From the NCBI RefSeq assembly GCF_009914755.1, contig NC_060927.1: a stretch of 64,000 bases of DNA. The stretch is one strand, 5' to 3'. Position numbers and translations under genes: made by a program. Source of the DNA: the human T2T-CHM13v2.0 reference genome, Homo sapiens. Shown here piece by piece: positions 13,140-26,726 of this stretch. The notes under the pieces are model-generated. The model was not told the DNA's origin, did not search any database, and worked only from the letters and a program-made list of their open reading frames with translations. Within the stretch, counting starts at the first letter, position 1. Every line of letters starts with the position of its first letter.

Positions 13140-13365
13140 AAAAAGGAATAAGCATGTGGTAAGTAGAATTTGAGAACAGTGATGTGAAAATGAGGATTTG
13201 GGTATTTGTTTGTGACAATGGGAAGCCACCAAGAAAGATTAGTGTGAAAAATATGAACTGAGGAAGCACCTTTCTGGAGATAGAGACCTATTAGGTGGCT
13301 GTAAGTGTGATCTTGTCTTGAATAAGTGACACTGAGAATGAGATAGTGGGATGAATGGATGAAAG
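13140..13365 (-). mobile_element. Old L2 fragment
   Basis: ggatttgggtatttgtttgtgacaatgggaagccacc...ggagatagagacctattaggtggctg. Confidence 0.45.
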
Positions 13366-14927
13366 AAGGAAGAGTTTCTTGCGCATAGCATTCTTTCAAA
13401 TGCAAGAATATTCCCACACAGTGATGCCACTGGAGGCCTCCAACCCCCTTCCCAAATTGAAGGCTTCAACCAGCTAACACTGAGCCCTGATAACTGCCTA
13501 ATTCATTGTTATTACCTGAATTATTCTTAAAATGTCAATAGACAAAACTTCTGATTAGTGTGGCCATAGAGAGTTGATAGTATTCCTGGCCAAAGAAAAA
13601 GAATTAGATTCTATGAGCATATATACAGAAAACTCTGTTTCTGCCATTGGTTATATTTAAGGAACTCAAACTAGAAACCAATGATAGATAAGATACAGAA
13701 GAGAGAGCAGAAACTCGAAAATTTAGAAAGGGATCCTCTATCATACATGGATTGTTAACTCAAGGTCAGCCATGAGTCTTTGAAGTGCTTAAGAAAATGA
13801 ATTTAGCTTCTTAATAAAATATCTTAAACTATTAGGGAATTCTATTGCAGAGCTTTTTAAAAACAGCCATTTAAGAAAATTACATAAAAAGAAAGAAATA
13901 GAATAGAGAAGACATGCTGTGATGAACATTAAAAATTTGTTTCCAAATAATTAACATATTAAATGTATCTGTCATGATTTATTTGTCCCAACAAACTGAT
14001 ATCCTATACTTTCTACTTTGGAAAATTATTTCAAATTTGCATTTTGTACAAGTTGAGTGATATAAATTCTTTAGCTCTGCAGAAGAATAGAGGAATTTTA
14101 TAGGTTAATAGGTGTCGAAAGGATTGATTTGTAGGCCTGGCAGTGAAGTACCAAAAAAAAAAAAAAAGAAAAAAGAAAAATTATATGCTAGAGCAACCCA
14201 TGAACTTGCTAAATGTTGATAACTAAAGGCCTTCTTCTGGGACTTAAATATCCTCTAGGTTTCTCCAGTGACTTAAAGTGATGCCACAGCAGGTAGCAGA
14301 ACTATAAGACATCATTTCTACCATTTGATATAAGATGTTTATTGTTTCCATCAAACACAACACATAAAATACCTTGTAAATGGCTGCAAAGCACATTATG
14401 AAGTGCCTCCTGGTGTGTTTATGCTAGTCCATTTTGAACATTTCCCTTTGCTACAGGCATCAAGAAATGACCTTTTTGGCAGTGTCTACTCCCTTTTGGA
14501 TTTTCACTCCCTTCCAGAGTCCCATTATCTCATTAAATCATTTATGTGCAGGAGGAGAGATGCTGTAGTGAATAGCAAAATCCCATGATTTGTTTTTGAT
14601 ATGCTCTACCTTTTCAACAAATATATTTGGAGTAAAGTCTATATAAATAACTTAATTAAAGCCAGACATTGAATGTCAGGAATGAGCGTTTTTGACAGTA
14701 TGGTGCGGACTGAGTTTTAAAACTCAGGATAATTTTAGAAACCCTGAATTATACAGTAGCTACCTTATGCTACATGGTACTTTATGTGAAGTTTTTGCCT
14801 TAACACAATGTAGGACAGTTCTTTCCTGAGTGACATTGCAATGATCACACTGTAAGGAATCACATGGTATCACTTTGCTGCTTGCAACCTTAATTTTCTC
14901 ATTTGAAAAATGGAAGGATGTATTCAG

Positions 14928-15104
14928 TTTTTATTTTATTTATTTATTATTTATTTATTTTAATATTTTGAGATGGAATCTCACTCTGTCACCCAGGCTG
15001 GAGTGAAGTGGCGTGATCTCAGCTTTCTGCAACCTCCACTTTCAGGGTTCAAGCCATTCTCCCTCCTCAACCTCCGGAGAAGCTGGGACTACAGGCATTC
15101 ACCA
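14928..15104 (-). mobile_element. 5'-truncated Alu (right arm only) with (TTTA)n tail
   Basis: gagatggaatctcactctgtcacccaggctggagtg...gctgggactacaggca. Confidence 0.85.
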
Positions 15105-15282
15105 TTTTTAAAGTTTCTTTTAATCCGTGAAGTAAAGAAATTAATGATGTGTCAGAACAGAATCTAGTTAGAAGCCCCTGAATTAACTTTTTCCATGCCT
15201 GATTAGCTATCTTCATGACAGAACTTCTAAATAGAGATAGTTCCTTATTTGATCATAAATCTGACACATTTCTTATTTTATC

Positions 15283-15497
15283 CATTATGTTAAGAGCAAA
15301 CATTTTAGTTACCACTTCTTGGTTTAATCCAGGATCCTGTACTTGGTACTTTAATGAGTCTCGGGCAATTGACAATCATTTTGTACCTCAGTTTGCTTTT
15401 CTACAAAATGGTTTATTGGAAGGTTTAAATAAGCTAATCAATGTTAAATAGTCAAATGCTTACTGACAGTGAGTATTCAGAGTTAGGTCTTATTGTT
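15283..15497 (+). mobile_element. MIR
   Basis: gttaagagc...ggtttaatccagg...gggcaattgac...gtacctcagtttgcttttctacaaaatgg. Confidence 0.6.
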
Positions 15498-15743
15498 TGT
15501 TCTTTATGTTGATGTTTTCAGCTATAAAAATGTTCTTTGAATTGGGGGGGGGCAATTTAGATTAAAAGTCACTTGAGATCCTGAAGCAGTAGAGGGCTCC
15601 GGTATGCTCAAGTCAGAAGACCTGCTGCTACTTTTGAGAAGGGGGAGGTCATATTTATCAGAATCTCACTGAGATATTTGGGGTTGGCCAGAAGGTGGAC
15701 CCTCTCCCACTGTCTGCCAATATTAGACTTCAGAGAAATTACT

Positions 15744-16048
15744 GACTGGGCACCTTGGCTCATGCCTGTAATCCCAGCACTTTGGGAAGCCAAGGCAGAA
15801 GGATTGCTTGAGGCCAAGAGTTAAGGCCAGCCTGGACAACATAGTGACACCCCATTTCTACATGTAATACAAAATTTAGCCAGGTGTGGTGGTGTGCACC
15901 TGTAGTCCCAGCTGCTTGGGAGACTGAGGTAGGAGGATTCCTTGAGCCCAGAAAGTTAAGGCTGCAGTGAGCCATGATTGGGTAACAGAACAAGACCCTG
16001 TCTCAATTAAAACACCAACACCAACAACAGCGACAACAACAATAAAAA
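15744..16048 (+). mobile_element. AluJ-type element with a 3' internal deletion and (CAA)-rich tail
   Basis: ggattgcttgaggccaagagt, ggctgcagtgagccatgat, gaccctgtctc; TSD-like gaaattac on both sides. Confidence 0.9.
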
Positions 16049-16262
16049 GGAAATTACCAAATCATTAAACTCTGATTTAGGAAAGATGCAGAGACCTTTG
16101 CCATTCACTCTCTTCCACTTGGAGACTTCAGGGAATTAAAATATGTACTTTAAATTTTCCAGTGAGGCAACTAACGGCCCAGTTTGATTAATTGACTTTT
16201 CAAAGTCATACTGACTGACTGTGATGGAGGAGGCAAGTATTACTGGCTTCATGACGTGTACT

Positions 16263-16288
16263 TGTGTGTGTGTGTCTGTGTGTGTGTG
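16263..16288. repeat. (TG)n microsatellite, interrupted
   Basis: Direct reading. Confidence 0.9.
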
Positions 16289-16340
16289 CTGGAGGAAAAG
16301 AGGAAATTCTTATACTATTCCATAAAAGTAGTTAGTGGCC

Positions 16341-16652
<312 letters not shown>

Positions 16653-16964
16653 TTAGTGGCCTTTGCTCTTTTACATTTAAGACATTGGAAGGAAGCAGAA
16701 AGTTCTGTTAAACTTCAATTGAATACTTAAGCTCCCCTATTGAATACTTACTATGTAGTGGAAGCTTTTATAGATGTTGTCACCAAGGTTTTCTCACTTA
16801 AAGTAGTATGTTTCGAGACTAACAACCAGAGAACAAATGCAGGAGTTAGAAAACTCTATTTATGGGATTAAATTGCATATGTATTTTTCTTGCTATAAAC
16901 TAATTAGACAGTTTAGGTAGCCATCTTTCCATCTTGCTATTGGACTCTTTAATTACTCTCTTTT

Positions 16965-17160
16965 ACTGATTTAACAACTATTTATTGAGCATCTAGTGGG
17001 CACCATTCTAGGTACTAGAAATACAGCAGAGAATAATGTAAATATGTCCTTTGTTCTCAAAGAGTTTATATTTCAGTGGAAGAGACAGACAATAAACAGA
17101 TAACTGATTTAATGTCAGGTAGTGGGAATGTTTCTGAAGCTAAGCGAAGCAAGCTGGGAA
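16965..17160 (-). mobile_element. L2 3' end
   Basis: tttaacaactatttattgagcatcta...caccattctaggtactagaaatacagcagag...gagacagacaataaaca. Confidence 0.8.
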
Positions 17161-17369
17161 AAAACCCACAATTTTATAAAAACAAAGAATGAGTATAAGA
17201 GATTATCTTGTTTAATTTTGTACATCCAACCGACATAATTGGCCATAATAAATGAGTTCATGCATTCCAGGATTTTGTCAGATTATGGCACAATATCATT
17301 TCACATGGGAATTGACTGTTGGCCTTTAGAAGAATGAGGCCGGAACAAGGAATAACAGCAAGTTTTCCA

Positions 17370-17498
17370 GGCCATTCTTGTTAGTTTGCACCCAGAAAGC
17401 TAAGAATAACTTGATCAAAACCAGAAAAGTAAGTAACAGCAAAACCGGGCTTGAGATACGTTACCTACTGCCAGGTTTATACTCTTTTCCCTGTACTA
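17370..17498 (-). mobile_element. MIR fragment
   Basis: aagctaagaataacttgatcaaaacca...gtaagtaacagcaaaaccgggcttga. Confidence 0.45.
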
Positions 17499-17559
17499 GT
17501 TGCACTCCCATTGGGCAATACTTTTGCCTAAAATTCACTTATCACATGAAAACATATTA

Positions 17560-17795
17560 TATAGCTTTCGTAGGCAATAGAACTATGATGACAGGCTACA
17601 GAGTTTGTATTTTGGCTTTGCTACCCCTTAGTTCTGTAACTTGGGGAAAAGTAATTAAATTTGCTGAGCCTCCATTTCCTAATTTGCAAAATGGGAATAA
17701 TAAAATGTGTTCAATAATTTTAGAAATTAAATAAGTTAATGCATGTAAATCACTTAGCATATAGCCTAGTATAAAGTAAATGTTAAAAAAATTAC
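17560..17795 (+). mobile_element. MIR
   Basis: ctgtaacttggggaaaagtaattaaatttgctgagcctccatttcctaatttgcaaaatgggaataata...aatgcatgtaaatcacttagca. Confidence 0.75.
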
Positions 17796-19126
17796 ATCTT
17801 TATTTAATCAAGGACACTTCACTAATACATTACGGTGTTTAGCCCATAGAAGACATTCATTAATACTTGATGAAAAATATATAAAAATGCTACTTGAACT
17901 GAGGGCTGATAGACTTTTTTTTTTTTTTAACCTGGGGAGTCTTGTGGCCCATCCCTGTTGCATTAATTTCTTATCCCTCTCCTACAATATGTTCTTAGGT
18001 TGCTATAATAGAATCTCTTGGTCTCTGGTGTTGATTTACAGCAATGCCCAACCTAGTAAATGTAAGAAAGAGACTTGGTGAAAGTAAAAGGACTTTTCAC
18101 TTTCAACATACTTCAGGAAATTAACTAATCTTCCCTAAACCTCTGAAAAGAAGGTAAATAGCTTTAATTATCTGACAGATGGGGAAATGGAAGCAATGAG
18201 TCTCCAGTTCCACTCTTTTGCTCAGATTACTAAGTGGCTTGACTACATCTGTAAACTCATTAACTTGATACTTCCTACTTTCTTTTTCAAGCATCCCTCT
18301 TTGGAATGACTCAGTGAGCAATTCATCACTTAATTAATGCCCTTTCTTTAAGGAATGATTGGGTTTGGCAAGTCATGTTGCTTTTCCTTCCGTTGCCTTG
18401 AATGTTTATTCTGTACAATAAAAACCCATTGACATTGAGATTACATATTCCGGAGGACCTGGAGCTTTGGAATATTAGGACCACATTCTTTCCCAATGAT
18501 TTCTTAAAAAATAAGTCAATGTTTTCTATTATATCAGGGATAGACATTTTCATATTCTATAACTATTGTTTTTTGGGTAAAATATTGTATGTTATCTTCA
18601 TGGAATACAGAGATGACATAAAATATAAAGCATCATAGAGAGTGGGATCAGTATTTTGTTCTAAAAAAATTATGACTTCTGTGCCCATGTAGCCATATTT
18701 TTTTCTAGTCTGCTGGTTAAATTTCTTCACCAACTCTTATTTTGAATCTCTAAGATGTTCAGTTTCTCAAGAAAAAGTAGCAGCCTTGTTGAAAATGTGA
18801 ATTACTAGTCAAAGAAGCCTATGAGAAAAATAGTGCACACACCTTACACACATACATATATAAAATATATGTCATATATATTTTAGGTATACATTGTGTG
18901 TATAGATACACATATTCACACAGTTTACTGCTTTTATTGTTTGAAACTAAAAATATTGAATATACAATGTTTACAGTTATGTGAATCAATTGTTTTATGT
19001 ATATATTTCAAGTATCTTCTCTATGAAGTTCTATCATGCCAGTGAAAATATTCTGCTCTCCCCTATCCTAAAGCTAACTCAAGCCAGTTTGCTCCTTAAA
19101 GCCTTACCCTGTACAAACTCCACTAA

Positions 19127-19819
19127 TGTGACACCAGCTGGGTGTATGGCAGTACACCTAGTGATGCTAACCACCTGGAGTGAGTGCAGACCCCACAAGG
19201 TAAGGACTCAGTCTTCTACAAGACTGTCTTTAATTCAATAGCCATACTTTGAGGGTCCCCAGGACACCTGTACTTCTGATAGATTGGCTATAAGTTTTGA
19301 GGTTCTTATAATCCCACCAGGTTTGACAATCCTCTGCAATGATTCCAGAACTCAAGAAAGTGCTATCCTTATAATTTTAGTATAAAGGATTTGCTTAGGG
19401 TGAAGTCTAAGAGGGATCACAGAGCTTCCATGCCCTCTCCCCCCACTGTGATGATGCATCACCCTCCAGTGCATCAATGTGTTCACCAAGCAGGAACTTC
19501 ATTGAGCTTCGGTGTCCAGAGTTTTTATGGGGGTTTTAATACATAGGCACGACTGGTGAAATCATTGGCCACATGAGTCAACTCAACTTACAGCCCTTGT
19601 CCCCTCTGAGGAGGTCAGAATGGCTCAAAATTCCAATGCTCTATTCACGGTTGTTCTTTCTGTTGACCAATCCCATATGAAAGCTGTTTAAGGGCCTATC
19701 AGAAGTTACTTCATTAAGATAACAAAGACACTCCTATCAATCAGGAAATTCCAGTGGTTTTTGAAGCTCTATGGTAAGAACCAAGGACAAAGACCAGATA
19801 TATTCTTTATTATGCTATA
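19127..19819 (-). mobile_element. MER21-family solo LTR
   Basis: Reverse complement begins tatagcataataaagaatatatctggtctttgtcc...ggaatttcctgattgataggagtgtctttgttat and ends ...cagctggtgtcaca, as in MER21. Confidence 0.8.
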
Positions 19820-20589
19820 GATACTCTTCATTAAAATCATTACATAGTTGTGAAATGGAAACAAAAACAAGTGAACATTAATAGTAGAAACGTGAAACAT
19901 CAGTCTCTCACCTTTTCTTCCAACTGAATTGTAGCTGATTAATAATAAACACAAAATGCCTAAATATGAAACAGTTGAGGATACAATCCGAGTCTGGGGC
20001 ACAATTTAGTTTCCCACACTTTTCTGTTGACATTGAAGTCACCCATGCATGCTGGTCAACACTGAGTTGATCACTTACTCAGGAGCAGGTAAAGCAGATG
20101 GAGAGTGGTAGACTGACCTCACCCAGATGGGGAGCCCTGTCCCTGTCACTACTTAAATTGATAATCTAGGTGAATATTGTGCCTACACATAGGCATGTGT
20201 AAGAGGATATGAGACAACCAGAGAATGGCTAGTGCTGTGTTTTTCAATGCAATAACTATCCACTCAGGAACAAAAAATATGAGCCAATGGATACTAGTTT
20301 CTTGTAACAATTAACTGAATTGATTATTAAAAAGTAGGTGAATTGATTATAAACCTTGGCCTGAAAGAAGTATTATATGGAGATCCATAATAGTTCCTGA
20401 AACATTTTATCCTGTGGGGTGGAATCTAAATGTGTCTACTCTATGAAAACTTGAAGATGGCATTGAACTTTTCCACTAACAAAAGAATAATATAAAATAT
20501 AAGAGAATTAGAATTTCCAAAATGAGTGTTGGAATAAAGAATCTTTAATTTTTGACTAAATGTGACTAATAAATAGAATTCTCTCTACT

Positions 20590-20785
20590 GTCTGCATTTT
20601 TCCATCACTCGTACAAGTTTGGTCTATATACTCTCGACACTGCTAAAAACTTCGCTGTGAGGTCACCAGAACTTCCAGATTGGCAAATTCAATAGTTTTG
20701 TCTCACATATCAAAATTCTTGACTCCTTTGCCTCATTTGACATTCGAAGCCATGCTTTTCTAATTGGAACTTTTCCTCTTTTAAT
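20590..20785 (+). mobile_element. L2 ORF2 (RT region) fragment
   Basis: aggtcaccagaacttccagattggcaaattcaat...ttcttgactcctttgcctcatttgaca resembles the L2 RT segment. Confidence 0.55.
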
Positions 20786-21949
20786 TATTAACCAACAGTG
20801 TTTACATTTGCCATACCTTTGACTTGCAGAAAGCTATAGGAATCCACTGAATCTCGTTGAGGAGATGAGTGTCTAAGAAAGTCCAATATACTATGTATTC
20901 TCAGCTATTATATCCTGATGACACACACTAAAATGACAAAGGGACAAAAGTAAAATAAATCCTGAAACATATGGATTTTGTGTTTTCAAAGCAGCTGTTA
21001 ATTTCTAAAAATTGAAACTGATTACCCAGAATGGTTTTTAAATTCCTTACAGTGGTCCCTTATTTCCCTAGTAGCAGCTGTTTCTGTCTTCTGATCATTC
21101 AACTTTGTGTGTTATGAATGTTGAAATGATCGGCCAGGAAATATAATGTATAGCATTTTGAATAACTTGATAAATGAATTAACCATTTGAAATCCAATAC
21201 ACAGTTATTTGTTGGGTCCTTGCATGTTAAAGTATTTACAGTAAAACCTAGATCTAGGAATCCAGAAATATGGGTTAGGGTAACTTGATAACATAATTAA
21301 TTCACCTACAATTATATGACACAATTCCATGGATAAACTAGTGACTCATAGGGTCACTTTGGAGTTATCAAACAAATGAAGATAATGCTATTAAGAAATG
21401 TCCAACAACAGCAAACTATAGAATCAGATATGAGATTTTTTTCCTCATCTGTGGATTAACTTCATATATCACTTGTCCCACATATTTATGCATTCTACCC
21501 AACAGTAATGAAGACATTATTTAAAAAAATAAAACTTCAAGGTGAAAATATTTGTCCTTAATATTTTATTTTACTCTTCAGTAGGACTATAATTATAGCT
21601 CTAGCAGAGAAAGCTGTTAAGAAATATTTTTCGGTGCCATTTATAAAAAACATCGATGATGGATAATAACCATATGAGGGACTCCATTTGTTTCTACTGC
21701 AAGGTGGTGTCACAATCTGTTCTGGTTCATTAGAATGTCAGGTTATGCGTCTGATGCATTTTCCATTTAAGGATGAGATGAGACTTGGTGTGCATCTGTA
21801 TTAGATAAATAATTCTTTCTTTCTCCCATTGAGAAATAATATATATGCACAAGCATACTTTAGTGGCTATCAAATATGCTCTCTGATGCCTGTGGGTTTT
21901 TCTTTATTTCAGTACTTATGAAGTTTTAGCATTATCTTTTTAATTATCC

Positions 21950-22080
21950 TTAACCACTGTTACTAAGTTCCTTAAAGCCAAGACCTATATCTTATTTGTG
22001 CTTGAGCTTGTTTCAGGCATAATGTTCTTTAACTGTTATGATTGAATCAATGATTGAATGAATGCACAAGAAATGAAGGA
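21950..22080 (+). mobile_element. L2 3' end fragment
   Basis: taagttccttaaagccaagacctatatcttattt...ttgaatgaatg. Confidence 0.5.
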
Positions 22081-22155
22081 AAACATTAGGCCCAAAGAAG
22101 TTCACAGGTTTAATTGCATATATATATATACGTATTATTATATTGCATATAATAA

Positions 22156-22270
22156 TACATGTATTATACATGTATATATGAATACATGTATTATACATGT
22201 ATATATGTACACATGTATTATACATGTATATATGTACACATGTATTATACATGTATATATGTATACATGT
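22156..22270. repeat. 27-bp tandem repeat, about 4 copies (yacatgtattatacatgtatatatgwa)
   Basis: Units start at 22156, 22183, 22210 and 22237; gives the 9-aa periodicity seen in the ORF track. Confidence 0.9.
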
Positions 22271-22376
22271 ATACATATATACATATATAATATATACATT
22301 ATATACATACATAATACATATTATACATGTATATACGTATACATTATACATATGTACATGTACATACAAATACATA

Positions 22377-22760
22377 TACACATATATGTATATGTACACG
22401 CATTATACATGTACACATATATGTATATGTACACGCATTATACATGTACACATATATGTATATGTACACGCATTATACATGTGCACATATATGTATATGT
22501 ACACGCATTATACATGTGCACATATATGTATATGTACACGCATTATACTTGTGCACATACATGTATATGTACACGCATTATACATGTGCACATACATGTA
22601 TATGTACACGCATTATACATGTGCACATACATGTATATGTACACGCATTATACATGTGCACATATATGTATATGTACACGCATTATACATGTGCACATAT
22701 ATGTATATGTACACGCATTATACATGTACACATATATGTATATGTACACGCATTATACAT
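22377..22760. repeat. 35-bp minisatellite, 10 full copies plus partial flanks (cattatacatgtrcacatayatgtatatgtacacg)
   Basis: Units start every 35 bp from 22401 to 22716; embedded in a TA-rich tract spanning about 22111-22940. Confidence 0.95.
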
Positions 22761-23499
22761 ATATACATAGATTATACATATATAATATTAATATATTATA
22801 TATATATTATGATATACATTATGTATATATACATATATTATACATATATAATTGCATATGTACATATATAATTGCACATGTACATATATGTAATATACAT
22901 ATATATGCATATGTATATTACATATAATATATATGTAATTTACTTTCCCCACAGAAGATCGTAGGCACTGACTCACCTCTTAAATCTTCGAAGTAGATTT
23001 GAAAGTGCAATAGAAAAATGGCACAGAAACAAAGAACCTAACTTTTATAACATGTTGACTTCATGAACTTTTATGTTTCTTGTGCACTTCTCGTTTGTTT
23101 TAAATGACTGTTGAAATGTAGGCTTTATGAAACAACATGGTGTTTCATGGGCTGTGTACTTGGTAATGTAGGATTGTCTCTCTGGGATTTCAGTTTAGGC
23201 ACTTCCTGAAACTGTGTTAATTGGCACCCCTGCAGTTTTAAAGAGCTTGATGCAGCTCCCCAAGAGGCTAACTTATTTTTTCCTCCTCAGAAAGAAAATG
23301 GTACAAAGAGAAGATGCTGCTATTAGAAAAACAAAAATTGGATAGTTTTTCATAGGCAAAAATACCAGCCTAAATCATAGGCTAAAATCCCTGCACAGTT
23401 TAATGTTAATGAGTGTACTGTGGAATACCACAAAAACATGGGGCTTGAATTTTTATGAGCTTTAAAATTTCAGTTCTGTCATTTATTTGGAAATGCGAC

Positions 23500-26375
23500 T
23501 TTTCTTAACTGAAGAAAAATTTACATACAGTGAAATGCTCAGATTTTAAGAGAGGAATTTTAAGAGTTTTGGTAAATGTATACACCCATATAATCATTAC
23601 TCCTATCAGGATATAGAATTATTTCCATCTACACAAAAAACCTTTCCTGTGTTTCCCTTCTGATCACCCCTTTCTCCTAAAAAGGCAAATCGTGTTCTGA
23701 CACTGTGATAGATTTGGTTTGCCTAGTCTTGCAATCTCTTGTATCTGGATTTTTTTGCTTAACATGTTTTTGAGATTCATCTATATTGTTGTGTGCATTA
23801 GCAGTTTGTTTCCTCCGTTGCTGAGTCACATTCCACCTTATTAATATACTAAAGATTTTTTATCCATTCTCCAGTTGATGGAACATTTGTGTGGTTGACA
23901 GTTTTTGTTTATTGTGAATAAAGCCATTGTGAATATCCCTGTACAAGTCTTTTTGTAGAGATATGTTTTCATTTTTCTGGGAAAATTCTTAGAAGTGAAA
24001 TTGCTGGGTCATAGGGTAGCTTTTATGTTTAACTTTATTAAAAACTCCCAAACTGTTATTCAAAATAGTTGTACCATTTTTTTATTCCCGCAGACAATCC
24101 GTGAGAGTTCCAATTGCACCACAGACTCTCTAACTTTTGATATTGCCAGTATTTTTTAAAGTTTAGCCTTTTCAATGGGTGGATATTTATATCTCATTTG
24201 GGTGTGTATTTGTATCACATTTTGGTTATAACTTGCATTTCTGTGTTTGAAGACTTGATTGTCGTATATCAATATATTGCTACCAGCTTTCTTATGCTTG
24301 TTGTTTGTGTGGTGTATCTTTTCCCACTTTTTTACTGTGTTTTTATATTTAAAGTGCATATCCTGTAAACAGGATATAATTTTGCATTTATTTTGTACTC
24401 AGTTCATTTGAACATCTAGTAGATTTACATGTAATATAATCACGGTTAGGTCTGCCATTTTCTTATTAGTATATTTATTCTATTTGACTTTTAAAAATTC
24501 TACTTTCCTCCTTTTATCCCTTCTTTTGGATCATTTAAATATTTATTCAACTGTTTTCATGGCCTTTGACTAAATTGTTTTCATAGTTTTTGCTTTATAT
24601 ATCTACAGAGAGAGCTTTATATATACATGTAAATATCTAATTAATTAAAATATATAAATATATAAAACTTTATATATAAATATATATTTATATCTGCTTT
24701 ATATATAAAGGTATATGTATATATACACATTTTAGTGTTGCTTCCAAAGATGACAATTGGCATCCTTAATTTATCACAGTTCATTCATAAATGGCATTGT
24801 ACTACTTCACTTAAAATGTAAGAGAATTGCAAAATTATAAATTCATTTAATTTATTCCTGTCCTTTGTGATATTGTTGTCACTATTTTACATTTATGTAT
24901 ATTATACATCCCATAATATAATGTAAAATTTTTTTCTTTCAAAATTTAGTTATATTTTACAGCAACTAAGAAAAAAGAAGTTTATTTACCCACTTATTTA
25001 CCATTTCCATTTCTGTTCAGTCCTCATGCTGCCTTCAGCCTAAAAAAGTGGTTTTAGCATTTCTTGCATGCAGTTCTGCTGCCAACCTTCTCAGCTTTTA
25101 TTATTTGTCTGATGATATTTTATTTTCAGTGTTGTTGTTGTTTGTGTGTTTATTTTGCCTTCGTATGTATTTTTTCCCCTAGATGTGGGATTTTGGTTAA
25201 TAATTCATTAACAACATTGTTCTATTGTATGCTGGCTGCCATCGCTTCTGAAGAGAAGTCAGTGTATCTGCAAATCATTGTTCATTGGTATACACAGTGC
25301 TGTTTTTCTCTGGCTGCTTCCAAGGTTTTCTCTTTGTCTTTGGTTTTCGGGAGTTTGGCTATGATGTGCCCTCATACCTATGGTATGATGTGCCTAAGTG
25401 TGGTTTTCTTCGTATTTATCCTGCTTAGAGTTTGTTGAGCTCCCTGGATGTACAAGTCGAGGTATTGTCCTCGAATTGGAGAACATTTATCTAGTTTTTC
25501 TCCACATTTTTTCTACACCATTCTGTTTCTTCTCCTTCCGAAACTTCAATTACACACATACTCGACTGTTTTAGATTGTCCCACGGGTCACTAAGGCTCT
25601 GCTCAGTCATCCTTCTCTCTTCTGGTCTTCTTTGACATTGAATAAAGTCTATTTATCTGCTTTTCAGTTCAATGGCCCTTTCTTTGGCTATCTACAATGT
25701 TCTGTTAAGCCATTCCAGTACATTTGTTTATATTGGTTTTGTTTTGTTTTCAGTTCTAGAATTTTTGTTCCATTCTTTTTTTCTTTTATATAGTTTTATC
25801 TGCTGATATTCTCCATCTCTTTGCTTATTTGACCATCTTTTCCTTTAAGGCTTCAATATATTTATAATACCTGCTCTACACATTTTTCTTGCTAATGCAA
25901 CAACTGGGTAATTTAGAAGCCCGTTTCCACTGATTTTCTTTCCCTCTTGATAATGTAACTGTTTTTATCTTATATGTCTCATATTTTATTATGTTAAAAA
26001 CTAAGAGTAATATGCTGTAAGGGTTCCAGATTCTATTATCTTTCTTTTAAGAATATTGCTTTTTGTCCTAGTATGCTAGTAAAAATCCTGGCTGATTAGC
26101 TTAGAATTGTGGAAACTTTGTTTCATGCATTTTTTCTGTCTTTTAGTCTGAGAGTGAGACCTTAGTATTTGTTTCTGAAGTCTGGTCCAAAAGTGGCTAC
26201 CAAGCCTCTCTAATTTGGTAGGAGTCAGATTCTAAATTCTGCCTCTTTGATAGTGGGCAGAAGCTGAAATCTCTGCTCAGCTTTTTCAAACTTCGAGCTG
26301 TTGCTTTCTGCTGGAATCACTGGAGTTCCCCCCACACAAATTTAGGTTAGGAATCAGCCAGGATTTGAGATTGCC
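23500..26375 (-). mobile_element. Old L1 (L1ME-like): 3' UTR, ORF2 termini and ORF1/5' region; most of ORF2 missing
   Basis: L1M 3' UTR motifs (catacagtgaaatg, ttgagattcatc, gaagtgaaattgctgggtcatagggta); ORF 24156-24359 has endonuclease motif KKWEKIHHTNNKHKKAG joined to C-terminal MRY motif; ORF1-like tttttctctggctgcttccaaggttttctctttgtctttgg. Confidence 0.8.
24590..24730. repeat. TA-rich low-complexity tract within the L1
   Basis: Direct reading. Confidence 0.8.
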
Positions 26376-26593
26376 AAAATAAAATTGTTTTGGGCCAATG
26401 TTTCCATTGCACTTACATGTTGCATCATTCTGTTCTGATTGCTGTAGGCTTTTAATTACAACATTGGGTCTTATGTTTGTCTAACAGCTTCTTATATTTT
26501 CCTATCTCTACTTCCATAATTAATTATATACTAACATTTGATTGCATGACCTCTTTACAGTGTTACTGTGTACTAATGCTTAGTCTTATTTTG

Positions 26594-26623
26594 TTTTCTC
26601 TCTTTTTCTCTTTCTCTCTCTCC

Positions 26624-26669
<46 letters not shown>

Positions 26670-26693
26670 CTCTCTCTCTCTGTCTCTCTCTCC

Positions 26694-26724
<31 letters not shown>

Positions 26725-26726
26725 CC
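26594..26726. repeat. Compound (CT)n/(TTTC)n homopyrimidine microsatellite
   Basis: About 130 bp of almost pure pyrimidine. Confidence 0.95.

Noticed and set aside
22401-22750. 35-bp periodic array as a possible CRISPR array
   Set aside because: Units are head-to-tail with no unique spacers, there are no cas genes, and the context is human.
22013-22976. Longest ORFs (289, 224, 147 and 128 aa, rich in Y/I/H/M/C/T)
   Set aside because: Artefacts of a stop-poor TA/CA tandem repeat; peptide periodicity equals repeat periodicity.
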